Shown here: positions 21,303 to 31,636 of the stretch, one piece after another
Layout: every line of letters starts with the position of its first letter
How positions within the stretch are numbered: the stretch's first letter is position 1
Assembly (NCBI RefSeq): GCF_049060185.1
Contig: NZ_JBMEQO010000002.1
Strand: one strand, 5' to 3'
Source: Nannocystis pusilla
GTDB taxonomy: Bacteria > Myxococcota_A > Polyangia > Nannocystales > Nannocystaceae
Length of the DNA: 64,000 nucleotides
Position numbers and translations under genes: made by a program
The notes under the pieces: model-generated
What the model was told of the DNA's origin: nothing
Seen by the model: only the letters and a program-made list of their open reading frames with translations
The model's database searches: none

Positions 21303-22285
21303 CCGCCGTGGCCGCCTGGCTCGCGCTCGTCGCTGTGTTCGGCCTCGCGCCGCCCGCGACCTCGACGCCGGCCCCGCAGGGCCCGGCGCCCGCGAGCCCG
21401 TCGGCCAGCGCCACCCCGGAGGGCCCGAGGCCGGCGCCCCCGAGCCCGGCCATCCCCGCCGCGCCCGCGCCCGAGAACATCGAGGCCGAGGGCAACGAGC
21501 GCGCCGAGCCTCCGGGCGGGGTGCCGAAGATCCCCTCGCCGCGGTCCCTGCGGACTTACGGGACAGGTGCTTTCAAACCTGTCTCGGAGGACACCCTCGG
21601 CTCGCTCGGCCTCAAGCGCCAGCGCGACGGCACCATGATGTACGTCGACGCCGGCAAGCGGTTCACCGCCGTGTTCAACGCCGACGGCACCGTGCGCTTC
21701 GGCGACCGCTGGAACCGCGACCAGAACGGCAACAAGGTCAAGGGCTCGCGCGCCGCCCTGCGCCAGATCAACATGGCCGGCCTCGGCGTCACGGGCCCGT
21801 CGGAGTGGCTGGTCAAGCTGCAGGACCTGCTCGGCGGCCCCGAGACCGACGCCGCCGCCAAGCGCGAGTTCCTCAACCGCACGCGCGAGCTCCGGACGCA
21901 GATGGCGATCGAGTTCACCCTGCGGACCTTGACCTACCGCCTCGGCACGCTCGAGCGCGAGCTGTTCGAGCTGTGGAACGCCGGCGACGACCCGGCCAAG
22001 AAGCGCGAGCTGCTGTTTCAGCGCTGGGACGAGTGCGACGAGGCTTATCGCGTCGAGTTCGCCGGCGAGATCCCCGAAGAGGCCATGTCGGAGATCGATC
22101 GCACCCGCGCCGACGTCGCCGAGCAAGCGCGCCGGATCATCGAGACGTTCGTGCGCCGCCAGCTGCCGCGGTCCGGCCCCAACGGCTTCAGCAAGCGCGA
22201 GCTCGCCGACATGAACGGCCGCCGCACCAGCCGGCAAGAGTTCCGCCCCTACGACATCCACGCGACCCAGAGGACCGCCCAGTGA
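21299..22285 (+). CDS. Hypothetical secreted protein (signal peptide, Pro/Ala-rich linker, charged helical C-terminal domain)
   Basis: GTG start overlaps the gcvH stop (GTGA). Signal peptide [20 protein letters not shown]. Carries an internal palindrome at 21543..21590. Confidence 0.55.
   Translation: MTAVAAWLALVAVFGLAPPATSTPAPQGPAPASPSASATPEGPRPAPPSPAIPAAPAPENIEAEGNERAEPPGGVPKIPSPRSLRTYGTGAFKPVSEDTLGSLGLKRQRDGTMMYVDAGKRFTAVFNADGTVRFGDRWNRDQNGNKVKGSRAALRQINMAGLGVTGPSEWLVKLQDLLGGPETDAAAKREFLNRTRELRTQMAIEFTLRTLTYRLGTLERELFELWNAGDDPAKKRELLFQRWDECDEAYRVEFAGEIPEEAMSEIDRTRADVAEQARRIIETFVRRQLPRSGPNGFSKRELADMNGRRTSRQEFRPYDIHATQRTAQ
21543..21590. repeat. GGACAGGT variant inverted repeat (GGGACAGGTG-N7-ACCTGTCTC) inside the CDS
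   Basis: CGGTCCCTGCGGACTTACGGGACAGGTGCTTTCAAACCTGTCTCGGAGG. Confidence 0.55.
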
Positions 22286-23451
22286 CCCCGATCCTTCCCG
22301 AACTCCAGCCGCAGCTGGCCCGCTACCGCGACGACTATCCGATCCTCGCCCACTCGATCTACATGAACAGCAACAGCATGGGCGCCATGCCGCGGCAGGC
22401 CGCCGAGATGCTGCAGAAGTACGCCGAGGACTGGGCCAGCGAGGGCGTCGAGGTGTGGCCGCACTGGCTCGACGTCATGCGCGACACCGCCGACAGCGCC
22501 GCGCGCTTCTTGAATGCGCCGCCGGGGCAGACCATCCTCAACCAGAACGTCGCCTACTTCCAGGCCGCCATCGCCTCCTGCCTGGACTACTCGCGCGGCA
22601 AGAACCGCGTCGTCGTCGAGTCGCTGCAGTTCCCCAACGTCCTCTACGTGTGGGAGCGCTTCGGTGACCTCGGGGCCGAGCTCGTGCAGGTGCCCTCGGA
22701 CGACGGCATGACGATCCCGACCGAGCGCATGCTCGCGGCCATCGACGAGCGCACCGCCATCGTCCCGCTGTCGCACGGCATCTACGTCTCGGGCGCGCTG
22801 CAGGACATCACCGCGATCACGCGCCGGGCCCACGAGGTCGGCGCGCTCGTCATGGTCGACGTCTATCAGACCGCCGGCACCGTCCCGATCGACGTCGCCG
22901 AGTGGGGCGCCGACATCGTCGTCGGCGGCAGCCACAAGTGGCTGTGCGGCGGCCCGGGCACCGCCTTCATGTGGATGAAGCCCGAGCTGCGCGAGCGCCT
23001 GCAGCCGCGCCTCACCGGCTGGATGGGCCACCAGGACCCGTTCGCCTTCGAGCCGCCGCCGATCCGCTTCGCCAGCGACCACCGCCACTTCCTCGCCGGC
23101 ACCCCCTCGATCCCCGCCTATTACGTCGCCCTCGCCGCCTACAAGAACCTGCACGAGATCGGCGTCGAGCGGATCCGGGCCCACAACCTCGCCCTGTGCC
23201 AGCGCATCATCGACCGGGCGCAGGACGCCGGCCTCGTCGTCCATTCGCCGATCGACCACGAGCGCCGCACCGGCTTCGTCGCCGTCGACTTCGAGGGCAG
23301 CGAGGACGCCAGCAAGCAGCTCATCGAGGAGCGCTACAAGCTCGACTGGCGGCCCAACTGCGGCCTCCGGCTCGGCCCGCACTTCTACAACACCGAGGCC
23401 GAGGTCGAGCGCCTGATGGACCGCGTGGTCGCCCTCGCCGGCCGCAGCTAG
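22282..23451 (+). CDS. kynU: Kynureninase (PLP-dependent, aminotransferase class V fold)
   Basis: Intact 389-aa ORF (…LSHGIYVSGALQDI…, …VVGGSHKWLCGGPGTAFMW…). GTG start overlaps the upstream stop. Confidence 0.8.
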   Translation: MTPILPELQPQLARYRDDYPILAHSIYMNSNSMGAMPRQAAEMLQKYAEDWASEGVEVWPHWLDVMRDTADSAARFLNAPPGQTILNQNVAYFQAAIASCLDYSRGKNRVVVESLQFPNVLYVWERFGDLGAELVQVPSDDGMTIPTERMLAAIDERTAIVPLSHGIYVSGALQDITAITRRAHEVGALVMVDVYQTAGTVPIDVAEWGADIVVGGSHKWLCGGPGTAFMWMKPELRERLQPRLTGWMGHQDPFAFEPPPIRFASDHRHFLAGTPSIPAYYVALAAYKNLHEIGVERIRAHNLALCQRIIDRAQDAGLVVHSPIDHERRTGFVAVDFEGSEDASKQLIEERYKLDWRPNCGLRLGPHFYNTEAEVERLMDRVVALAGRS

Positions 23452-23452
23452 C

Positions 23453-23773
23453 ATGCACCCCGACTACGCCCGGATCTACGCCACCATCCAGCGGATCCCC
23501 CGCGGCCGCGTCGCCACCTACGGGCAGATCGCCGAGCTCGCCGGCTTGCCCGGGCGCGCCCGCCAGATCGGCTACGCCCTCCACGCCTTGCCCGGCGGCA
23601 GCCTCGTGCCGTGGCAGCGGGTCCTCAACGCCCGCGGCGAGATCAGCCTGGCCGGCCCCTCCGGCGACCGCCAGCGCGCCCTGCTGATCGCCGAGGGCGT
23701 CGAGTTCGGCGACGACGGCCGCATCGACCTCGGCGCATATCAATGGCGTCCGCGCGCCGCCCGGCGCCGCTGA
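23453..23773 (+). CDS. MGMT-family DNA-binding protein (alkyltransferase-like, Atl-type; no PCHR active site seen)
   Basis: …IPRGRVATYGQIAEL…PWQRVLNARGEIS…. Confidence 0.65.
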   Translation: MHPDYARIYATIQRIPRGRVATYGQIAELAGLPGRARQIGYALHALPGGSLVPWQRVLNARGEISLAGPSGDRQRALLIAEGVEFGDDGRIDLGAYQWRPRAARRR

Positions 23774-24275
23774 CCTCGCTGTGGCCAGGCACTGGCCGGC
23801 CCGACGTCCGACCTGTCCCGAAAACCGGTCCATCGAGACGTAACATTCGAGCAGGCTGCTGCGAATGGTCTGCGCCGACGGGCGTATCGCCATTGCTCGT
23901 GGCCATCGAACGGCGCTCGGACGATTGCTCGCACCACCCCGACGGCGCGCGTAAGGTCCGTGCAATGCCGTACCGCTTGTGCAGCGAGCCACGTTCTCAC
24001 ACCTTGGGGTTTCCCTGAATCAGTTCGCGTACATCCACCGACTGCGCCGGGGCGTAAAACACCTCCATCTTGTTTGCGCCCGAATCGGCCTGGAACGCCT
24101 GATTTCCCGCGAATTCACCGTTTCGCGTCGGCGCCGGAGCCGCAGTCCCAATTGACCCACTTCTGGCAGGCGCGGGGTCACCCGATACGTCGTTCTTGCG
24201 GCGACACCCGTGACGACCCGAGCCGACCTCGCCGCGATCACAACTTTCGCCGCGGTCGCCGCGAATGAACGGAGC

Positions 24276-26881
24276 ATGCGTAATCGTCTGTGTGGATGGT
24301 TCTCCACGCTCGCATGCATGGGCATAGGTTTCGGCGCCTTGGCGACGACCGCATGCGATTTCGTCTTCACCTGGAACGGCGACGGGGCCCCGGTCCTGGC
24401 TCGCCACCGGACGAGCCGGACGGACCGGACACGCCGGACGACGGCATCCCCGGCTCTCTGGCGAAGGAGAAGCTCCCGCCGCTGTTCGATCGGATCACCG
24501 GCAAGCCCGTCGAGCCCGACCTGATCGTCGACAACGACGCCGCGATCGCGCTCGGCAAGGCGCTGTTTTGGGACATGCAGAGCGGCAGCGACGGCCAGGC
24601 TTGTGCCAGCTGTCACTTCTCGGCCGGCGCCGACAACCGCTCGCGCAATCAGCTGACGCCGGGTCTCATCGGCGGCAACGGCAAGTTCGATCCGACCCGG
24701 ACCGGTGGCCAGGGCCCAACCTGCAGCTCGTCGCGGGCGACTATCCATTTCACGTCTTGAAGGACCCCAAGGACCGCGACTCGAAGGTGCTCTTCGACAC
24801 CGACGACGCCACCTCCTCGCAGGGCGTCCGGCGCGCCGACTTCGAGGCCGTCAAGCCCGGCGCGCTGGACGACAAGTGTGAGACCGTCCCCGATCCGCCG
24901 TTTCAGGTCGACGGCATCAACGTGCGCCGGGTCGAGCCGCGCAACGCCCCGACCGTGATCAACGCCGCCTTCAATTTCCGCAACTTCTGGGACGGCCGGG
25001 CCAACCGCTGGTTCAACGGCGTCGACCCGTTCGGCCGCCGCAACAAGGACGCCTTCATCCTCGAGGTCAAGGGCGGCAAGCCGGTCAAGCGCAAGCTCGA
25101 GATCGTCAACGGCTCGCTCGCCTCGCAGGCTGTCGGTCCGGTGCTCAGCCCGTTCGAGGCCTCGTGTCAGGGGCGCACGCTGCCCGACGTCGGCCGCAAG
25201 CTGGTGCGCCCGCCCACCGTCCCGCTCGCGTTCCAGAAGGTCCACCCCGACGATTCGGTGCTCGGCCCGCTGGCCGCGCCGAACAAGGGCTTGGAGACCA
25301 CCTACAGGAAGATGATCGAGGCCGCCTTCGCCGCCAAGCTGTGGCAGTCGGATCAATGGTTCGACGCCGACAAGAACCTGCTGAAGAACCCCGACTCCGT
25401 CCCGGCCGACCAGCGCTTCAGCCTGATGGAGATCAACTTCAGCCTGTTCTGGGGCCTCGCTATCCAGGCCTACGAGCGCACCCTCGTCTCCGACGACAGC
25501 CCGTTCGACAAGTACCGCGACGGCCGCGATGCCAAGGCGCTCGGCAAGCGCGAGCTCGCCGGCTTCGACGTCTTCCTCAATCAGGGCAAGTGCGTCAACT
25601 GCCACAAGACCGCCATGTTCACCGGCGCCTCGACCCTGCACCTCATCGACGAAGAGGAGGAGGACGGCCTGGTCGAGCGCATGCTGATGACCGAGGAGCA
25701 CTACCACTACGGCGTGCGCACCAACCCGCCGTTCAAGGTCCTGCCATTTTCGCAATGGAAGCCCGGCAAGGGCCAGCGCAGCCTCTCGATCGACGTCGAG
25801 GCCACCCCCACCGCCAAGAAGGACGACATCGTCCCCGGCAAGGCCGTCGGCCGGATCGTCCTCAGCAAGGTCGACGACGATGCCAGTTGCACCTACAAGC
25901 CCGAGACCATGACCTTCGGCGTCGACGACTCCGCCACCCGCGACGCCCGCATCGACGTCAAGCGGATCGACGGCAAGGGTTGCCCCTCGGCGCTGCGGAT
26001 CTCCGTCCTCGACGACGTCAAGGTCGCCAACGCCTGGCTCGACTTCGTCCTCGTCTACGACGACGAGGGCACCCTCGCGTTCGTCGGCCAGGGCCCCAGC
26101 ACCCTCGTCGAGCTGCGCCAGCCGGCCCTCTACGACAACGGCTTCTACAACATCGGCGTGCGGCCGACCGCCGAGGACATCGGCGTCGGCGGCGAGGACC
26201 CGTTCGGCTTCCCGCTGTCGTTCACCGAGCAGTACGTGCAGATGCTGCTCGGCAAGGACGCGCCCGACCCGTTCGAGGTCGACCCGTGCACCTTCGACGT
26301 CCCGTGGAACATCGTCGTCGACCGCCCGCTGTTCCCCGGCGGCTTCAGGGACAAGACCGACTGCAAGGACAAGCTCAAGACCCCGACCGGCGAGCCGAAG
26401 AACAACGCCGCCAACAAGCGCTACATCCAGCGCCTGCGGACCGCCGTCGGCGGCGCCTTCAAGACCCCGACCCTGCGCAACGTCCAGCTCACGGCCCCAT
26501 ACATGCATAACGGCGGCATGTCGACCCTCGAGCAGGTCGTCGAGTTCTACAACCGCGGCGGCGACTTCCACCGCAACCGCGAGCTCGACCCCGACATCAC
26601 CTTCCTCGACCTCGACGCCGAGCAGCGCAAGGATCTGGTGCTGTTCATGCAGTCGCTCACCGACCCGAACGTCGTCTACCAGCGGGCCCCGTTCGACCAC
26701 CCGCAGCTGTTCGTCCCCAACGGCCTCGACGACGTCGACGACGAGAAGCCGGACGACGGCCGCGCCGACGAGGACCTGTTCAAGGGAGACGGCCTCGAGA
26801 TCCCGCCGTCGGCGCCGCCGGCAGCCCCAAGCCGATCCGCACCTTCCTCAACCTCGAGGGCAACGACCTGCCCCCGCCCTG
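24276..26881 (+). CDS. Large di-haem cytochrome c peroxidase-family protein (about 860 aa) with signal/lipobox; about 3 frameshifts
   Basis: Two CxxCH motifs (CASCHF, CVNCHK). CCP-like motifs (…TPTLRNVQLTAPYMHNGGMSTLEQVVEFYNRGG…). Signal MRNRLCGWFSTLACMGIGFGALATTAC. True stop at 26881 (…LNLEGNDLPPP*). Confidence 0.7.
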
Positions 26882-26901
26882 ATCGACGCTGGCTTATACA
26901 T

Positions 26902-26940
26902 GTCTGCGAGGACATGTCCTAATGACATGTCCTCGCAGAC
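26902..26940. repeat. Near-perfect 18-bp-stem hairpin built from two inverted GGACATGTCC units
   Basis: GTCTGCGAGGACATGTCC-TAA-TGACATGTCCTCGCAGAC. It lies 20 bp after the CCP stop. Confidence 0.8.
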
Positions 26941-27058
26941 ATTCGGCGTCTCGCCCCGGCCGACCGCGCGCGGCTGCTCGCCCAAGCGCACGGCGCGCGG
27001 TCCGCTCCGACCGGCGCCGGCGGGTCGCGGTCTGCGCTAGGATGGATCCGGTCCGACG

Positions 27059-28143
27059 ATGCCGTCCGCGCTCCTCGCCGCAGTGCTCGCGTTCCAGGTG
27101 CCCGAGCCCCGTCTGCCGGCGCGATCGAGTGGCAGGCGCCGGCGGGCTGCCCCGATCGCCGCGCGCTGGCCGGGGCGATCGCCGGCCGCCTCGGCCGCGA
27201 GCCCGCCGCCGACGAGCTCTCCTGGTCGGCCGGGTCGAGCGGGACGGCGCCTCGCAGTACCACCTCGACCTGCGCCTCACCGTCGGCGGCCACGCCCAGA
27301 CCCGGCGCCTCAGCGCTCGGCGCTGCGCCGCGCTGGTCGACGCCGCCGCGCTCCTGGCCGCCCTCGCGCTCGACCCCACCGCCGCCGAGCGCGGTGGGCC
27401 GACCGACCGGATCGCGCCGGAGGTCGAGTCCACGCCGCCCGAGCCCGAGCCGCCTCCCGGCCCCGAGCCGGCCCCTGGCCCCGAACCCGCCCCACCCGTC
27501 GCCCTCGCCTCCGAGGCCGTCGTCGACGCCCCTGCCGCGCCGCTCCAACCCCCGAACCCGCGCCCGAGCCCGCCGTCGTCACCGCCGACGAGCCGCTCGC
27601 CCCGGCCCCGCCGCCGCGCAGGCGAGGTCCCGGCGCGCTGCTCCGCCTCTCGGCCGGCTTCGAGGTCGGCACCGTCCCCGCGCCGACCGCCGCGCTCGAG
27701 CTCGTCGCCGGCGTCCTGTGGCGGCGCGCTCGCCTCGAGTTCCACGGCGTCCACCTCGTCCCGCAGACCGAGGCGCGCCTGCCCAACGAGGTCCGCGTCT
27801 ACCTGCTCGGCGGCGGCGCCCGCGGCTGCGCTCGCCTGTCGCGCGGCCGCTTCGAGTTCCCTCTGTGCGGCGGCGCCGAGCTCGGCGGCCTGCGGGGCCA
27901 GGGTCGCGGCCCGGCGCGCGCGCGGCCACCGGCCTGTGGGCGGCGGTGCTCGTCTCGGCCGGCGCCACCTGGCGGTTTCACCGGCTGCTCGGCCTCAGCC
28001 TGGCCGCCCAGGGCCTCGTGCGCCTGGCCGCCCCGAGCTTCGACCTGGAGGACACCCCGGAGCCGGTCAACCTGTTCACCAGCGCGCCTGCGAGCCTGCG
28101 CCTGCTTCTCGGCCTCGAAGTGCGCCTCGGAGACCCGCGGTGA
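27059..28143 (+). CDS. Conserved hypothetical protein immediately upstream of the ECF sigma factor; frameshifted
   Basis: …IEWQAPAGCPDRRALAGAIAGRLGREPAADEL / [53 protein letters not shown]… and a C-terminal part ending …LGLEVRLGDPR* at 28143. Confidence 0.45.
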
Positions 28144-28181
28144 CGGAAACCGTCTCGGCCGGGGACAGCCCCCACAGCCCC

Positions 28182-28761
28182 ATGCTGCTCGCCACCGACC
28201 GCGAAGCGCGCTTCGCGCCATCTACGACCGAGAGTTCCACTTCGTGTGGTCGGCCGCGAAGTACTTCGGCGTCCCCGCGGCCGCCCGCGACGACGTGGTC
28301 CAGGACGTCTTCCTCACCGCCTACCGCCGCTTCGACCAGGTCCACTACCAGGTCTCGGCGCGCGCCTGGCTGTACGGCGTCACCCGCCGCGTCGCCTCGC
28401 ACTGGCACCGCGGCGTCGCCCGCCGGACCCGCCGGATCGCCGCCCTCGGCGACCTCACCGGCCACGTCGGCGAGGCCCTGCAGGAGCGCCACGACGCCGC
28501 CCGCCTGCTCGAGCGCCTGCTCGCCGGCCTGCCTCGCGGGACCCGCGAGGTGTGGAGCTGACCGAGCTGCTCGGCATGAGCGGCCCCGAGATCGCCGCCG
28601 AGCTCGAGCTGCCGCTCAACACCGTCTACTCGCGGCTCCGCCTCGCGCGCGCCCGCCTGCTCGAGCTGGCCGCCAGCCCCGAGCTGCTGGCCTCCGAGGT
28701 CGCCGAAAGCCGCCGCCGCGAGGCGCCCCGGCCGACGCCGCCTCGCGCACCTGGGCCGTGA
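28182..28761 (+). CDS. ECF (sigma-70 family) RNA polymerase sigma factor; about 2 frameshifts
   Basis: Region 2 (…IYDREFHFVWSAAKYFGVPAAARDDVVQDVFLTAYRRFDQ…). Region 4 (…ELLGMSGPEIAAELELPLNTVYSRLRLARARL…). Confidence 0.75.
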
Positions 28762-29665
28762 TGGTCCCGCTGTTCGGCCACGGCAAGCTCGCCACCGTGG
28801 CCGCCGCCTGGACCACCGCGCGCGCCGGCGTCATGACCACCCTCGTCGTCGCCGGTGCCACCACCGTCGTCGCGGTCGCCCCCGCCAGGCCCCGGGCCGG
28901 GCCACCGCCGCGCACGTCGAGGACCTGTCCGCAAAGCCAGCTGGCTCTCGTTCCAGCGGTGACATGCCTCGAGAGACTGCCGCGCCATCGCCCGCCGACA
29001 TGTCCCGAGAGACAGCCTCTCTTCCGCCCGACGACATGTCCCGAGAGACAGCCTCTCTCTCGCATTGTCATGTCTCGAGAGACCGCCTCGCCTCCGTCCG
29101 CCGACCTGTCTCGAAAGACAGCCCCGCCCCAGCCCGCCGGCACGTCGCGAGAAACAGCCGCGCCCCGCCCGACGCTGCCGGCCCGCAGCGGCCGCCCGCC
29201 CCGCCTCCCCGTTCTCGTTCTCCCACCTCCGCGCGCGGGTCTCTGCCCTCTGGACCCGCATCCCCTGTCGCCGGGCCCCGCGGCCGACCTGTCCCCGAGG
29301 ACAGCCTCTCCCGCGCCCGTCACCCGCCCTGCCTACGAGCAGCTGCTGTCCCGAGAGACATCCGCGCGCGCCCCGCCCGCGACGACCTCGCCCTCGAGGT
29401 CGGCCTCCTCGACCGCGCCCGCGCCCGCCTCGACGCCCGCGACCCGGCAGGCGCCGCCCAGCTCCTCGACGCCCACGCGCGCCAGTTCCCGCGCGGCGCC
29501 CTCGTCGACGCCCGCGAGGCTGCCGCTGTCGAGCTCCTGTGCCTGCAAGGCCGTCCCACCGACGCCGCGACCGCCGCCCAGCGCCTGGCCGCGCGCCTGC
29601 CCGACTCGGTGCTCGCCCGCCGCTTCGAGCGCTTCGTCTGCCCCGACGACGACGAGCCGCGCTGA
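28761..29665 (+). CDS. Membrane-anchored putative anti-sigma factor; the linker is occupied by a 36-bp tandem-repeat array
   Basis: ATG overlaps the sigma stop (TGATG). TM helix …GVMTTLVVAGATTVVAVAP…. C-terminal domain …DLALEVGLLDRARARLDARDPAGAAQLLDAHARQFPRGALVDAREAAAVELLCLQGRPTDA… in another frame. Confidence 0.5.
28921..29370. repeat. 36-bp tandem-repeat array (about 5 good units at 28961..29143, then degenerate units to about 29370)
   Basis: Units: GACATGCCTCGAGAGACTGCCGCGCCATCGCCCGCC / GACATGTCCCGAGAGACAGCCTCTCTTCCGCCCGAC / GACATGTCCCGAGAGACAGCCTCTCTCTCGCATTGT / CATGTCTCGAGAGACCGCCTCGCCTCCGTCCGCC / GACCTGTCTCGAAAGACAGCCCCGCCCCAGCC…. Further copies at 29287 (GACCTGTCCCCGAGGACAGCCTCTCC) and 29346. 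Confidence 0.85.
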
Positions 29666-29865
29666 GCTCCGAACCCGCAGAGATCTGCGCCGCAAGATCG
29701 CCGCAGACCGACGCGCTAGCCCGCTGGTCTGCGCGCTCCAGCTCCCGAGCCCCTCGCGGCGAAGCCGCGGAACACGCCGCGAGCACCCCGCCGCGCGTGA
29801 CCCTTGCGAGCGCGTACGAGTTTGCTGTCCGTGCCCTCACAGCCGCACCTCGAGCGCAGCCGAAC

Positions 29866-29888
29866 TCACCTGTCCTTCAGGACATCTT
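29866..29888. repeat. GGACA/TGTCC inverted unit (ACCTGTCC-TTCA-GGACATC)
   Basis: Intergenic. Confidence 0.55.
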
Positions 29889-30107
29889 TGCAATTCTCAA
29901 AGATCGCCCTGCCGGCCGGGGCCGGTGGCGGCCAGCTGTCCGCAGCGCCCGAGGTCGCCCGCAGGCCGCCGCGCCGCGCTCGCCGGACGGTCGCGCCTCT
30001 TGCGCTCACCGCTCCAAACGCGCTCCCAAGGCCCCGACCGTCGCTTTCGCCGGCGTGCGAGCCAGCGGCGGCTTGCCCTGCCCGGGGCCCCGCTCAATGC
30101 CTCGAGC

Positions 30108-30510
30108 ATGACGGCACCGACGAACCCGGAGCGTGACCGCGAGGTCGACGCGTTCTTGCACCTCCTCGGGCGCGCGCTGGTGGAAGGCGACGCCCTCACG
30201 GTGGCGACGCTGTACGAGACCCCGCCTTCGTGCTGGCGGACTCCGGGCGCAGGCCGTCGCCCGGCGCGAGGAGATCGAGCGCTTCTTCGCCGGCGCGCGG
30301 GCGCAGTACCTCGAGCGCGGCGTGACGATGACGCGCCCGGAGGTCGAGTCGCGCGAGTGGGTCGGCGACCGCGTGGTCCTCGTGCGCGTGGCCTGGCCCT
30401 ACATCGACCGCGACGGCCGCGAGGTCGGCCTCGAGCGCTCGACCTACGCCCTCCGCCGCGACGACTCGGGGGCCCTGCGGATCCGCGTCGTCATGCCCCA
30501 CCGCGACTGA
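30108..30510 (+). CDS. NTF2-like (SnoaL/DUF4440-like) small protein; 1 frameshift
   Basis: …EEIERFFAGARAQYLERGVTMTRPEVESREWVGDRVVLVRVAWPYIDRDGREVG…. Confidence 0.5.
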
Positions 30511-30529
30511 CCTGTCCCCTGGGACATCC
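30509..30529. repeat. GGACA/TGTCC inverted unit (ACCTGTCC-CCT-GGGACATCC)
   Basis: Lies between the convergent genes 30510 and 30544. Confidence 0.55.
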
Positions 30530-30543
30530 TCGCGTCTCCGCGT

Positions 30544-31031
30544 TCACTCGCTGGGCTCGTCGGGCGTGAACTTTCCCCACGAATAATCAGGGTGGTCCAC
30601 CGCGATCATGGTCCACGCCTCCACCTCGGTGTCCTCGTCGACCTCGAACAGCAGGCGGGCGCCGCCCGGATCGCCAGCATGCGACGGCCGTCTCGGTCGC
30701 GTCCGGTGGCGAAGGCCACCTGCTCCGCGGTGAGTCGCGCGACGACGGCGTCGTAGTCGGGCGCCTCCGGGCCGCCGAGGATCCACGCGTCGACCTCGCG
30801 CTCCCCGTCGGCTTCGAGCTGGAGCAGATAATCGTGATACAGCGTGTAGACGAGGTCCCCGTCGAAGAACAGCTCGAAGTTGCCGTAGCGCCAGACCTCG
30901 AGGCCGCCGCCGCTGGCCATGCGCTCGCTGGGTGGGCCGAGCCGCTCGAGGACGGTGGCCCGGTCGTCGCCGGGTCGCACCCCGCCGAGCTGACCTTCGA
31001 CCACGAGGCTGCGGATCGAGAACGCGATCAT
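30544..31031 (-). CDS. Hypothetical protein; 1 frameshift
   Basis: Two coding-like fragments (30606..31031 and 30544..31050). Confidence 0.35.
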
Positions 31032-31078
31032 CGTCCGTCGACGCTACCACGGAGCCGCGAGCGCGCCGCGACCGGCCT

Positions 31079-31330
31079 TCAGAACCGCAGCGCGCAGCCG
31101 CCTGGATCGCACTGCACCCGCTTCCGCTTGAGCCGCATCGCCGTGATCGACGCCGTGAGGAACAGCGCGCTCGAGATCAGCAGCAGCGACACGGTCACTC
31201 CCAGGCCCTGACGGGTCAGGCGCAGCTCGGCCTCCTCGCGCGGGCTCACCGGCTCGCGCATCGTCACCGCCGCGACCACCCTCCGGCCGCGAACCCGAGC
31301 GCCGGCACCCCGAACGCCGCGAGCCACCTG
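31079..31330 (-). CDS. Hypothetical small membrane protein
   Basis: C-terminal TM segment …GVTVSLLLISSALFLTASITAM…. Weak support. Confidence 0.25.
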   Translation of the reverse strand, partial: QVARGVRGAGARVRGRRVVAAVTMREPVSPREEAELRLTRQGLGVTVSLLLISSALFLTASITAMRLKRKRVQCDPGGCALRF

Positions 31331-31564
31331 GATCTTCGCCGCCATCTCCTCGTCGGTGGGCGTCGGCGGTGACGCGGCGACATCGGGCCGCGGCGGGGTG
31401 GGCGGCGGGCACGGCTCCCCTGCAGGCACGCAGCCGCCCGCGCACGTCGTCGCCCCCTCCGACAGGACTCCGGCGGCTGCAGCAGCAAAGCGACCGAGAC
31501 CAGCGCGGCGACGACCATGCCGCCCAGAGTACTCTATCGGCGGCCGCCCGTCACCGGTCCCTCG

Positions 31565-31630
31565 GAGCATGCCCTCACGGCCATGTCCTGACAGACATGT
31601 CCCCGACGACATGTCGCCGGGGACATCCAG
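31565..31630. repeat. GGACATGTCC-family repeat cluster (about 5 units, 12 to 14-bp period)
   Basis: GAGCATGCCCTCACGGCCATGTCCTGACAGACATGTCCCCGACGACATGTCGCCGGGGACATCC. Intergenic. Confidence 0.75.
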
Positions 31631-31636
31631 ACCGCC

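Noticed and set aside
24568-24590. GGGACATGCAG inside the peroxidase gene scored as a repeat unit
   Set aside because: It encodes the conserved …FWDMQSGSDGQACASCH… haem-binding region of CCP-family proteins and lacks the TGTCC half. It is a coincidental match.
28961-29143. 36-bp direct repeats considered as a possible CRISPR array
   Set aside because: The units are contiguous, with no unique spacers of 30–40 bp between them. They degrade progressively like a minisatellite. No cas genes or leader are nearby.The copies sit inside a gene's linker region.
26922-30569. 1215-aa ORF (and similar giant ORFs at 5..2182, 6891..9554, 24649..26700(-), 31664..35173(+), 54163..56376)
   Set aside because: They are extremely Arg/Pro/Ala-rich and lie antisense to, or out of frame with, the real genes (ECF sigma, TldD, CCP, typA-neighbour lipoprotein). 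These are typical high-GC open-frame artefacts.
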